Below are positions 1 through 9,245 of a stretch of DNA of 64,000 nt, one piece after another. The stretch is from Phycisphaerae bacterium (GTDB taxonomy: Bacteria > Planctomycetota > Phycisphaerae > UBA1845). A program made the position numbers and the translations under genes. Positions within the stretch are counted from its first letter, which is position 1. Each line of letters begins with the position of its first letter. The notes below the pieces were generated by a model. It did no database searches and had not been told where the DNA came from. It was given only the letters and a program-made list of their open reading frames with translations. The DNA is taken from NCBI GenBank assembly GCA_963666835.2, contig CAXXGO010000001.1, forward strand, positions 1,088,001 through 1,152,000. Direction: 5' to 3'.

Positions 1-199
1 CGTCCATGCCGTTGATGTTGCCGCCGAGCTTGTAGTCGGTGATGACCACGTCCGGGGGGCGGTGTTTGATGCTCTCAATTGCGGCCGCACCACTGGCGAC
101 CACATTGCAGGCGTAATGCGAGCGCTGCAGCGCCTCGGCGATCGCCTCCCCGTGGGCGATCTCATCCTCGACAATCAACACAAAGGCCGTATCGCTCAT
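1..199 (-). CDS. Response regulator, N-terminal receiver domain (partial, runs off the window)
   Basis: Minus strand reads MSDTAFVLIVEDEIAHGEAIAEAL...PPDVVITDYKLGG (receiver motifs LIVEDE and VITD). Lies directly downstream of a histidine kinase. Confidence 0.85.
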   Translation of the reverse strand, partial: MSDTAFVLIVEDEIAHGEAIAEALQRSHYACNVVASGAAAIESIKHRPPDVVITDYKLGGNINGMD

Positions 200-233
200 A
201 CCGAGAGGTATTGTAGTCAAATCCCGGATGGAA

Positions 234-1028
234 TCAGCCCGTCGATTCGTGTGCGACATCGTCGATCGGTTCTAAGGGCAGCCGGATGCGAAATTCCGTG
301 CCCTCGCCGGGTTTGCTATCGAAATCCAGGCTGCCGCCGTGCTCCTCGGCGATCCGCCGGGTAATGGACAGCCCCAGACCGGTACCGGTGGCTTTCGTGG
401 AGAAGAACGGCCGCAGGATCCGCTCGCGATCTTCCTCCGCGATGCCCCCGCCCGTGTCCGACACGCAGATAACGGCGTTGTCCCCGTCACGCCGTACCCT
501 TATCCCCAACGTGCCCCCTTCAGGCATTGCTTCCTGGGCATTAACCACTGCATTTAGGAGCGCCTGGCTCAGGAGTTGTTCATCAACCGGGCATATCAGG
601 GGCTCGGCGGGCCGGCTCACCTGCAGTGTTATGTTATTGCTGCGGGCCAGCGGATCGATAAACTCCACCAGCCGGTCCACGACCGTGTTAAGATCCGTTG
701 CCGACCGTTGGAGCCGGCACGGACCGGTGAGGTTGAGGAACTCATCAAACAAGCTCTGCAGCCGCTCGGCCTGACGCCGAAGCACCTCGACTTTCAACAA
801 CCCCCGGCGACGGACATCGTCGGGGTTCGCCTCGTCGTCGCCCAGATCCTCAGCCAGGAGTTTCAGGTTGATCATCATTGTCGAGAGCGGGTTGCGTAGT
901 TCGTGCGCCAACCCCCCGGCCAGCTCCGAGATCTCCACGATTTTGCGCTGGTATCTCTCGGCCGGCGACGAGTCGGTATGATGGTCAGGGGTTTGATCCA
1001 AAGCTCTCTTCGGCAGAAGCCGCCTCAT
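234..1028 (-). CDS. Two-component histidine kinase (HisKA + HATPase), no obvious sensor or TM domain
   Basis: H-box LAHELRNPL, N-box LLNAVVNAQEAM, G1 DTGGGI, F-box PFFSTK, G2 GTGLGL. Start codon uncertain. Confidence 0.9.
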   Translation of the reverse strand: MRRLLPKRALDQTPDHHTDSSPAERYQRKIVEISELAGGLAHELRNPLSTMMINLKLLAEDLGDDEANPDDVRRRGLLKVEVLRRQAERLQSLFDEFLNLTGPCRLQRSATDLNTVVDRLVEFIDPLARSNNITLQVSRPAEPLICPVDEQLLSQALLNAVVNAQEAMPEGGTLGIRVRRDGDNAVICVSDTGGGIAEEDRERILRPFFSTKATGTGLGLSITRRIAEEHGGSLDFDSKPGEGTEFRIRLPLEPIDDVAHESTG

Positions 1029-1105
1029 CCGGGACGGTGCGCTTCAGGAACGCCGCCCGCTGTTTCAATAACAGAGCCGCGGCAGGGGGCGTGCGCCCGT
1101 CACCG

Positions 1106-1153
1106 AAAAAACCTCACGCCGCCCGCGCTCTTACAGGAGCGGGGCGGCGCGAG
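1106..1153 (-). terminator. Intrinsic terminator after pnp
   Basis: Minus strand CTCGCGCCGCCC...GGGCGGCGTGAG hairpin followed by GTTTTTT. Confidence 0.6.
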
Positions 1154-1187
1154 TTGTATAGCGTACACATTAATGGAGCGGCGACCG

Positions 1188-3305
1188 TCAGTCGGTCACT
1201 GCTTCCTCTTGCTCTTCCTCCATCATAACAGCTTTGCGGGAGAGCTTGATTCGGCCTTGGTCGTCGATGAGGATGACCTTCACCCTGACGGTATCGCCCA
1301 CTTTCACGACGTCGGCCGCCGAGCGGACATATTCGGTGTCCAGCTCGCTGATGTGGCACAAACCGTCCTGCCCGGGCACCACTTCGATGAATGCCCCGAA
1401 GTCCTTCACGCTGCTAACCCGGCCATTGTAGGTCTTGCCGACTTTGACCTCGGCGGAAACCGCTTCGACCATCTCAAGGGCCCGCTCGGCCCGTTCCATA
1501 TCGAGGCACGCGATCAGAATGGTACCGTCGTCGTCGATTTCAACCTTGGCCCCGGTTTCGGCCTCGATGGACTTGATGTACTTACCGCCCGGCCCGATTA
1601 CCTTGCCGATCATCTCCGGATTGATCTGAATCCTGAGGATGCGCGGGGCGTACTTGCTGGTCGTTTTGCGCGGAGCCTTGAGGCATCCGAGCATCTTCTT
1701 CAGGATAGTGATCCGAGCCTCCCGGGCGAGCTTGAAGGACTCGACGATAAGCTCCTGGGGCAGGCCGCGGCCCTTAAGATCGACCTGTACGCCGGTAACA
1801 CCCTTCTGGGTACCGGTCACCTTGAAGTCCATCTCGCCGAAGTGATCCTCTTCGCCGAGAATGTCGACGATCATCTGGTGCTTCTCGCCGCACTTGAACA
1901 TGCCGATGGAGATACCGGCTACCGGCTGGTTAATGGGCACCCCGGCGTCCATCAACGCCAGACACCCGCCGCAGACGGACGCCATGGAGCTGGATCCGTT
2001 CGACTCCATAATCTCCGACACCAGCCGAATGGTATACGGGAACTTCTCCGGACTGGGCAGGACCGCTTGCAGCGCCTTCTCCGCCAGGTTGCCATGCCCG
2101 ATCTCCCGACGGCTGGTGAAGCCGACCCGCCGCACCTCCCCGGTGCACAGCGGCGGGAAGTTGTAGTGAAGCATGAACTTCTTGCTATATTCCTCGGTGA
2201 GCCCGTCGACGATCTGCTCATCGCGCCCGGTGCCCAGCGTAATAACGCAGAGCGATTGGGTCTCCCCGCGCTGAAATAGCGCCGAACCGTGCACCCGCGG
2301 AAGCAGGTCAACTTCGCACTCGATTGGGCGAATCTCATGCATATCGCGCCCGTCAGATCTCTTGCCCTCGTTCACGGCTAAGTCGGCTACAATCTCGCCT
2401 TCAATCTCGTCGATGAGATCTCGTACGGTGTTCCAGGTGAAGGTTGGACGTTCGTCGCTATCGGCTGGGAAATACTCTTCTTTGGCGGAGTCGTAGATCT
2501 CGCCGACGGCGGCCTTGCGATCGAGCTTACCGGGGATCAAGCGTGCAGTACGGAGCCGATCGGTGTACTTCTCGCGGAGCTCGGCCAGCAGATCGTCGGT
2601 TGCCGGGGGAGCGTTCCATTCCTTGGGAACCCCCGCCTTGTCCTGCAACTCCTGGATCATCTCGCAAATGGTCCGGATCGTCTCGTGCGCCACCCGGATA
2701 CCCTCGGCCACGACGTCATCCGGAACCTGCATTGCCCCCACTTCGACCATATTGACCGCGTCTTTGTGCCCGGCGACGACCATCTCCATCGTCGAGTATT
2801 CCAACTGGGAGAGGGTCGGGTTCAGGATGTACTCGCCGTCAACGTAGCCTATCCGGCAAGAGGCGCTGGGCCCCTCAAACGGGATGAACGAAACGGACAG
2901 AGCGGCCGACGCTCCGATCATTGCCAACAGGTCCGGGTCGTTCTCCTGATCCGTCGACAAAGCCATGGCCTGAATAAGCACCTCGTCGCGGTAGCCTTTG
3001 GGGAACATGGGACGCAGCGGACGGTCGATCATCCGCATGGTCAGGATCTCTTTCTGGGTCGGTCGGGCTTCCCGTTTGAAGAAGCCGCCCGGGAACTTCC
3101 CGGCCGCGTAAGTCTTCTCGCGATAATCCACCGTAAGGGGGAAGAAGTCGATTCCCTCGCGCGGCGGACCGCCCACGGCGGCCGTAAAGACAACGGTTTC
3201 GCCATACGTCACAAGCACGGCACCCGCTGCTTGCTTCGCGAGCTTCCCCGTTTCTATCCGGAGGGTCCTTCCACCGATTTCTCGTTCTACAAAATGAAAA
3301 GCCAT
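1188..3305 (-). CDS. pnp: Polyribonucleotide nucleotidyltransferase (PNPase)
   Basis: IETGKLAKQA, FFPLTVDYRE, SRREIGHGNLA, ESNGSSSMAS, GEMDFKV, then KH and S1 domains. Start taken at MAFHF. Lies downstream of rpsO. Confidence 0.97.
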   Translation of the reverse strand: MAFHFVEREIGGRTLRIETGKLAKQAAGAVLVTYGETVVFTAAVGGPPREGIDFFPLTVDYREKTYAAGKFPGGFFKREARPTQKEILTMRMIDRPLRPMFPKGYRDEVLIQAMALSTDQENDPDLLAMIGASAALSVSFIPFEGPSASCRIGYVDGEYILNPTLSQLEYSTMEMVVAGHKDAVNMVEVGAMQVPDDVVAEGIRVAHETIRTICEMIQELQDKAGVPKEWNAPPATDDLLAELREKYTDRLRTARLIPGKLDRKAAVGEIYDSAKEEYFPADSDERPTFTWNTVRDLIDEIEGEIVADLAVNEGKRSDGRDMHEIRPIECEVDLLPRVHGSALFQRGETQSLCVITLGTGRDEQIVDGLTEEYSKKFMLHYNFPPLCTGEVRRVGFTSRREIGHGNLAEKALQAVLPSPEKFPYTIRLVSEIMESNGSSSMASVCGGCLALMDAGVPINQPVAGISIGMFKCGEKHQMIVDILGEEDHFGEMDFKVTGTQKGVTGVQVDLKGRGLPQELIVESFKLAREARITILKKMLGCLKAPRKTTSKYAPRILRIQINPEMIGKVIGPGGKYIKSIEAETGAKVEIDDDGTILIACLDMERAERALEMVEAVSAEVKVGKTYNGRVSSVKDFGAFIEVVPGQDGLCHISELDTEYVRSAADVVKVGDTVRVKVILIDDQGRIKLSRKAVMMEEEQEEAVTD

Positions 3306-3503
3306 CTTATTGTCACTACCTTTCCGACACGCCGACATAACGCTGAGAACAGTATCCGCCCGGATACTGAAGGTCCAGCACCTCATAATTGACTGGGGGT
3401 TTCGGGATCAGCGCACGACCAACCGCCGCGGGAATCGCCGATCACACCACATCTCGTCCGTTGAATGTTTGCGCAGGGGAGCCATCGCGCGGAAGACGCT
3501 GGG

Positions 3504-3773
3504 CTACTTCCGCAGACCCAGAGTCGAGATCAGATTCTTGTAGCGATCCCGATCGGTTCGCGTCAGGTATCTGAGCAGACTCGTGCGACGGCCGACCATC
3601 TTCAGCAGCCCGCGCCGGGCAGCATGGTCTTTCTTGTTGGCCTTCAGGTGCTCGGTGAGTTCCAAGATTCGAGTGGTAAGCAACGCGACTTGAACCTCGG
3701 GCGACCCCGTATCCTGCTCATGGGTCCGGTGGGTTCGAACAATCTCTGCCTTCGCCTCTACTGTCAGGGCCAT
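3504..3773 (-). CDS. rpsO: 30S ribosomal protein S15
   Basis: 89 aa with [13 protein letters not shown]...[11 protein letters not shown]...LGLRK. Canonical rpsO-pnp order. Confidence 0.98.
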   Translation of the reverse strand: MALTVEAKAEIVRTHRTHEQDTGSPEVQVALLTTRILELTEHLKANKKDHAARRGLLKMVGRRTSLLRYLTRTDRDRYKNLISTLGLRK

Positions 3774-4136
3774 CTTCTAAGACCAATCCTTCTTGCCCGC
3801 GTCTACCTCAGCGGACGATAACATCCTGTTGTAGCAAGAGTTATAACTACTGCCGCTTCCTATTCACATTTCGAGCTTCGCAATCTACCCGCTTAGCTCG
3901 CCGGATGCAAGGGTCGAGGACCATCAATTCCGATCGACCCCGCCTGGGCCGTCTCGAACACAGGGCGGCTTACTTCCCAGGCTTCTCCACACGTCCCCGA
4001 CTAGTTATCGCTCCTAACCGCCGCCGAGCTGTCGGCACGCGGCTCGTTGAACATGCGACCGGCCGCCTAGCCGAAGGCGTCCGTTTATACCGTCAGCGGG
4101 AGCCGGCACCAAACCGCTCCCTTTTTAAAGACCGTT

Positions 4137-5264
4137 CTAGCGGATGGCTCTTTCGGAGAGGCCCCGCACGAATCCGGCGTTGTCCGGGAATCTCCCCATG
4201 ACCTCGAGGAGTTGCTCCATCGAACGTTCTGCACCCCGCCCCCCCAGAGACCGCCGTATGTGGTACGAAGCCGCGAGAGCCTCGGGCGTGAGCAGCCGCT
4301 CTTCTTTCCGCGTACCGGATTGCTCCAGATCGATTGCGGGCCAGATCCGCCGATTGGCGAGTTGGCGAGACAGCATGATCTCCATGTTGCCGGTGCCTTT
4401 GAACTCGTTGAAGATGACGTCATCCATGCGACTGCCGGTTTCGATCAGCGACGACGCGATAATGGTCAGAGATCCGCCGTTCTCGACGTTGCGCGCTGCC
4501 CCGAAGATCGCCTTCGGTTCCGTCAACGCCCGGATGTCGAGCCCGCCGGACATGATTCGCCCGCCGCCGCGGATGCCGACGTTGAACGCCCGCCCTAGGC
4601 GCGTCAGTGAATCCAGCAGAATCAGCACATCATCGCCGCATTCGACCATCCGTTTAGCCTTCTCGATCACCAGGCGGGAAATCCGAATGTGATTGGATGC
4701 GTTCTGATCGTTGCAACTGGCAATCACCTCGCCCTGCACATTACGCCGCATATCGGTGACTTCCTCGGGCCTCTCATCGACGAGCAGGATCATCACGTGG
4801 ACATTCGGGTGGTTTGCGGCTATCCCGTTGGCCATCTGCTGCAAGAGGATTGTCTTACCCGTTCGCGGAGCGGCGACGATCAGACCGCGCTGGCCTAATC
4901 CTATAGGGGTAAGGAGGTCGACTACGCGCATGGACATCGGCCCGCCGGCGGTCTCGAAACGAACGGCTTGATCAGGATCTATTGCCGTCAGTTCCTCAAA
5001 CGGCTTCATCTCGAGTCGCTCTTCGACGGGACGGTTATTGACGAGATGGATCTCAGCAACTTCCGGCGCGCTGGAGCGTCCGTTTCGACCACCTTCCCTC
5101 ACGGTCCCGGCGATGGTCTCGCCGCCGCGCAAGCCGGTCTTCTGGCACAGCCCGCGCGGCACTATCGGGTCGCTGGGCTTGATCCTGTAGTTTGTTTTGG
5201 GGTCTCGAATGAACCCCCGTGCTTCCCCGGCAAGTTCGAGTATTCCCGTGATCTCTCGGGACAT
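4137..5264 (-). CDS. rho: Transcription termination factor Rho (short form)
   Basis: PIGLGQRGLIVAAPRTGKT, LVDERPEEVTDM, LLDSLTRL, FGAARN, EFKGTGNME, SGTRKEE. Start taken at MSREITG. Confidence 0.95.
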   Translation of the reverse strand: MSREITGILELAGEARGFIRDPKTNYRIKPSDPIVPRGLCQKTGLRGGETIAGTVREGGRNGRSSAPEVAEIHLVNNRPVEERLEMKPFEELTAIDPDQAVRFETAGGPMSMRVVDLLTPIGLGQRGLIVAAPRTGKTILLQQMANGIAANHPNVHVMILLVDERPEEVTDMRRNVQGEVIASCNDQNASNHIRISRLVIEKAKRMVECGDDVLILLDSLTRLGRAFNVGIRGGGRIMSGGLDIRALTEPKAIFGAARNVENGGSLTIIASSLIETGSRMDDVIFNEFKGTGNMEIMLSRQLANRRIWPAIDLEQSGTRKEERLLTPEALAASYHIRRSLGGRGAERSMEQLLEVMGRFPDNAGFVRGLSERAIR

Positions 5265-5814
5265 GGAATCTACCCCATCGTAGCGTGAATCATGAGTATG
5301 AACCGGTTTGAGAGGCTGTTCGGCCAAGCCGACTATCGCCCGGTCCGCACCTGCCGCCGAGGCGGCTACATACATAACCTTTTCTTTTTCAGTACTTTAC
5401 GAATGCCGACCTTCGGCGTGCCTGCCGGTATTCGTGCCCCATCAGCCACTCGCTGGATAGGAGTAAGGCGAGCTTTCCAGCCCATGATAACGCACTTCGA
5501 GCGTCAGGCAAGTGACAGAGTGTTATGTTTCTGCAAAAAGTCTCGTGTTGGCAAGACCCAAGAACGGGTAAGATCTGGCCGCGCGCCGAGGACGTCCCCC
5601 TGTTGGCTGCCCGGCAAAATGTTAACGATGGTCGCTAGGGCTGTCCGATAAAGGGCTGACGCTCCGTCTCGATGGCGCCGAGCGGAGCCGGCTAAGCAAT
5701 CTTGTGTTTCCCCTGCGCAGCACGCGCCGGGAGCATCTAATAGAGTTCTCCACGGTAAGCCTGAGGAACGGACAGCCGGAGCAGGAGGCGCCGGCGCTTG
5801 AAGGAGATTCGAGA

Positions 5815-6015
5815 ATGAAGAGTACGAGAGTCAAGTTTGGGGCGGTTGCGGCCCTGACCGGAGTGTTGTGCGGATTCGGCGGTTGCCTAAGCTGGGATAC
5901 GCTTTGGGGCAAGGCCTTCTGGGGCACCGCGATTTACACCGGGGCGGAGTACCTGCTCGATAATGATGCGGTCATCGATCTGTTCGAGGATGGCGCTATC
6001 GACGCCGCCAACTAG
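5815..6015 (+). CDS. Small lipoprotein-like secreted peptide (66 aa)
   Basis: AAGGAG RBS upstream; basic N-terminus, hydrophobic stretch, FGGC lipobox-like site; terminator downstream. Confidence 0.65.
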   Translation: MKSTRVKFGAVAALTGVLCGFGGCLSWDTLWGKAFWGTAIYTGAEYLLDNDAVIDLFEDGAIDAAN

Positions 6016-6093
6016 CAACGACAGTATCGGAGCGGTTCTCATACCGCCGGTCGAACGACCAGGCCGGATGAGGCGCGGGCTTCTTCGGATTCA

Positions 6094-6126
6094 GCGGGAT
6101 CGGTGTTCGCACCGGTCCCGCGTTTT
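6094..6126 (+). terminator. Intrinsic terminator
   Basis: GCGGGATCGGTG-TTCG-CACCGGTCCCGC followed by GTTTT. Confidence 0.7.
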
Positions 6127-6193
6127 CGTTTAGAGTCTCTTCGTATCCTGAGCGAGAATCCCGTCGAAGCCGATCTCCAACCTCGACGGATTC

Positions 6194-7063
6194 CTACAGC
6201 GGCAAAGCGCGGACAACGGTCGGTCTATGAATCGGTCCCTCGATGGCTACGCCCGGCGTCGAAACATCGTGCGGGAAAGCCAACATCAGTCCCTCGTTCA
6301 GGCAGCGGTGGTAGACCTCCTCGCGCTCACGAACACTCACGATAGGTTTCTGATCATACGCCATTACCCAAGGCAGACGTAGGTGCGCCGCGGTCGGGAC
6401 CAGATCGCCGACAAACAGAACGCGCTCTTTGCCGGTCCCGAGGACGGGGAGGAGCTGTCCGGGCGTGTGCCCGTCGGAAACAAACCACTCCACTCCCTCG
6501 CAAGGAGGGGCCGGTCGGTCGCCCTCAACCAGTTTCAGTTGCTCCCCGGCATCCTCCAGCGCCGAGAAATCCGCCGCCACATACGAGGCCCGATCTCTGA
6601 CGTGCGGGTGATGGGCGTGCTGCCACTGTTGTTGATGGATCCAATGTCTGGCGTTCGGATAGCACAGGGCTGCCGGACCGCCCGGATCTTCGAGCCACTT
6701 CGTCAACCCGCCGTTATGGTCGAAGTGCAGGTGCGTCACGACAATGTCAGTAACGTCGTCGTGCCGCAGCCCGATCGCAGCCAGTGCTCGGGGAATCGCT
6801 TCGCTATCGGCTTGCAGAACGAATCGCGCGGCTTTCTCCGGCGCCCACTTCGTGCCGAAGCCGGTGTCTACGAGAAAGACCCGCCGGGCGGAACGGTTCA
6901 CGGCCAGCAGGGTTCGCGTTGCCAAGAGGATGCGGTTGGATTCATCGACGTCGACAAGGTCCTGCCAGAGCACTTTGGGCACGACGCCGAACATCGCTCC
7001 GCCGTCCAGGCGGTTGGTGCCGGTCACAACCGAGTAGAGTTCGAACGGTCCTACTTTTAACAT
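6194..7063 (-). CDS. MBL-fold metallo-hydrolase (YtnP-like)
   Basis: LDGGAMFGVVPK, THLHFDH, GHTPG, GDLVP and WVMAYD motifs. Start taken at MLKVG. Confidence 0.9.
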   Translation of the reverse strand: MLKVGPFELYSVVTGTNRLDGGAMFGVVPKVLWQDLVDVDESNRILLATRTLLAVNRSARRVFLVDTGFGTKWAPEKAARFVLQADSEAIPRALAAIGLRHDDVTDIVVTHLHFDHNGGLTKWLEDPGGPAALCYPNARHWIHQQQWQHAHHPHVRDRASYVAADFSALEDAGEQLKLVEGDRPAPPCEGVEWFVSDGHTPGQLLPVLGTGKERVLFVGDLVPTAAHLRLPWVMAYDQKPIVSVREREEVYHRCLNEGLMLAFPHDVSTPGVAIEGPIHRPTVVRALPL

Positions 7064-7323
7064 AATGACTACGATACCGAGTATTGCCCCGGACTGCACG
7101 TGCTCCGCTGTTCTTCCGCCCCGATGCACGTGAATGCGAACTCGGTGGCGCTTCCGCTCCGGGAGGCCGGCGGGCACATGCCCACGGGTGACGTAACGCA
7201 ACTTGTGGACAGCCAACTGCCGGATCACGGTTGATGGAGCACGGCTGCAACGCTACAGTCGCCGGCAGTACGCCCGGCCTGTCCGGCGCGGAGCCGGGTC
7301 CCATGCGGCTGACGAGTTGAACA

Positions 7324-8259
7324 GTGACCTCGACGATCTTAGAAACAGACCGATCTGATACGACCAACGTTGTGAGTCCTTGGGAGAGCGTTTCGTTCAG
7401 GGCGGCTCACATGTCGGTGGCCGTCCTGTTGCGGATTCTGGGCCTTGCGGGCTTGTATCGCTTCGGTCGCTTGTTCGGCACCGTGGAGTGGCTGATCAAC
7501 TACAAGCGGCGGCGACGGTTTGCCCGGGCGTGGCAACATGTGTTGGATCACGAACCTACTGCGGCCCAGCGCCGACGCGCGACCTGCGAGTTCTTCAAAC
7601 GCAACCGTTGTGACCGGATGTTCTATCTTGTTCTCGACTGCATTACGCGCGAACAAGCCGAGCAGTTATTCACCATTGGTAACCACAAACTGCTTGATGA
7701 TGCTCTCGGGCGTGGTCACGGGGTTTATGTCGCCCTGTCCCACCACGGGGCTCATCACATTGCCGGAATGCTCCTGGCCTTGCGGGGCTACAAGGTCGCG
7801 GGCGTGCGCGATCGCCACGAGGGAGGGCTGCGCCGGTACGTCCAGGACAGGCTCGACCGGCTTTACCCCGAGTTTCAGCGGATGCGCGTGCTGTTCTCCG
7901 ACAGCTACCCGCGCGACATCTTCCGCTGCTATAAGGACGGCTACGCCGTGGGAAGCGCGATGGACGTCAATCGGGCGCGCAGCGCGGGGCAGAAGACCGA
8001 GACCGTGACCGTCTTTGGCGAGGAGCGCGCCTACCTGACGGGGCCGTTGCAGATGGCCTTACGGTGCAAAGCCCCCGCGTTGCAGGCCTTCATCGTGGCC
8101 AAGTCCCGGTTTCGCTATCATCTGGACATCGTAGCTACGCTGATTGATCCGGAGACCGTCACCGACGAGGACGCTGCCGTATCCGAAGCAATGCGCGCGT
8201 ACGCCGCGAACATCGAAACCCACCTGCGAGCCACGCCGACCCTGATTACCAAGATATAG
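7324..8259 (+). CDS. Lysophospholipid / lipid A late acyltransferase family protein
   Basis: GxGVYVALSHHG segment (HxG), AMD, VTVFGE; layout resembles the LpxL family. Confidence 0.65.
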   Translation: MTSTILETDRSDTTNVVSPWESVSFRAAHMSVAVLLRILGLAGLYRFGRLFGTVEWLINYKRRRRFARAWQHVLDHEPTAAQRRRATCEFFKRNRCDRMFYLVLDCITREQAEQLFTIGNHKLLDDALGRGHGVYVALSHHGAHHIAGMLLALRGYKVAGVRDRHEGGLRRYVQDRLDRLYPEFQRMRVLFSDSYPRDIFRCYKDGYAVGSAMDVNRARSAGQKTETVTVFGEERAYLTGPLQMALRCKAPALQAFIVAKSRFRYHLDIVATLIDPETVTDEDAAVSEAMRAYAANIETHLRATPTLITKI

Positions 8260-8347
8260 GACGGTGAGACCTGGGGAGCGTTTCGCGCGGTGTAGCGAGA
8301 GAGCGCGGTTGGAGTTCCCGCACTCCGTTTCGGCGGCCGGGGCGATC

Positions 8348-8375
8348 TTGACGATCCTGCCGGACGTGGTACGGT
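8348..8375 (+). promoter_or_regulatory. Putative sigma70 promoter of tRNA-Ala
   Basis: TTGACG-16 nt-TACGGT with a TG extension, just upstream of the tRNA. Confidence 0.45.
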
Positions 8376-8387
8376 AGGGGGCTGACC

Positions 8388-8460
<73 letters not shown>

Positions 8461-8611
8461 GTTTGCCTGCTCGCCGGGCGGTTACCCCGGCGTCGTTCCC
8501 CGTTCTCTGGCAGCCCCCGAGGTCATTTACGGCTGTGCTTGATTATGCCCCAGTGACCTTGTCGGAATGACCCTGGATTGTGTACTCGGTGATCGCCGAA
8601 GGTGGATCGAT

Positions 8612-9226
8612 ATGCATCCGGATCTCACCCCGGAGAACCTGCTGGCCGCCTACATGAGCGGGATCTTCCCGATGGCAGACAAGAGCGGGGGACTTTTCTG
8701 GCTAGCGCCGGATCCGCGGGCGATCATTGAGTTGGACGCCTTCAAGGTCTCCCGCTCGCTTCGGACGGTGTATCGGCGCGGGGTATTCGAGCTGACGGTC
8801 GACCGGGCGTTTCCCGAGGTGATTGCCGCCTGCGCCGACCGCAGAGAAGGCACCTGGATTTCCGACGAAATCCGCTCGGCCTACACCGTGTTGCACCGCT
8901 TGGAGTTCGCCCATAGCGTAGAGGCTTGGCAGGACGGGCGGCTGGCCGGTGGCTTATACGGTGTGGCCGTCGGCGGGGCTTTCTTCGGAGAGTCGATGTT
9001 CTACCGGGTGAGTGAGGCTTCCAAGGTTGCTACGGTGTTTCTGGTCGAACGGATGGTCGCGCGAGGATTCACCCTGTTGGATGTGCAGTTTGTGACCAAC
9101 CACCTTCGTAGGTTCGGGGCCGTCGAGATACCTCGGGACGAGTACGAACGGCGGCTGGACGCGGCCATCCGATTGAATTGTCTTTTCGGAGAGAGTTCTT
9201 CCTCGGCCCCCGGGTTCGGCACGTGA
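8612..9226 (+). CDS. aat: Leucyl/phenylalanyl-tRNA--protein transferase
   Basis: LLAAYMSGIFPM, PDPRA, GTWI, AHSVEAW, GGLYGV, FFGESMF, ASKVA. Confidence 0.95.
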   Translation: MHPDLTPENLLAAYMSGIFPMADKSGGLFWLAPDPRAIIELDAFKVSRSLRTVYRRGVFELTVDRAFPEVIAACADRREGTWISDEIRSAYTVLHRLEFAHSVEAWQDGRLAGGLYGVAVGGAFFGESMFYRVSEASKVATVFLVERMVARGFTLLDVQFVTNHLRRFGAVEIPRDEYERRLDAAIRLNCLFGESSSSAPGFGT

Positions 9227-9245
9227 CCGGTGAATCGGATCCATC

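Noticed and set aside
903..2279. 458-aa + strand ORF, and similar long antisense ORFs (9990-11051, 18631-19713, 41597-43018, 47744-48961, 53718-55028)
   Set aside because: Shadow frames opposite well-supported genes in high-GC DNA; no recognisable motifs.
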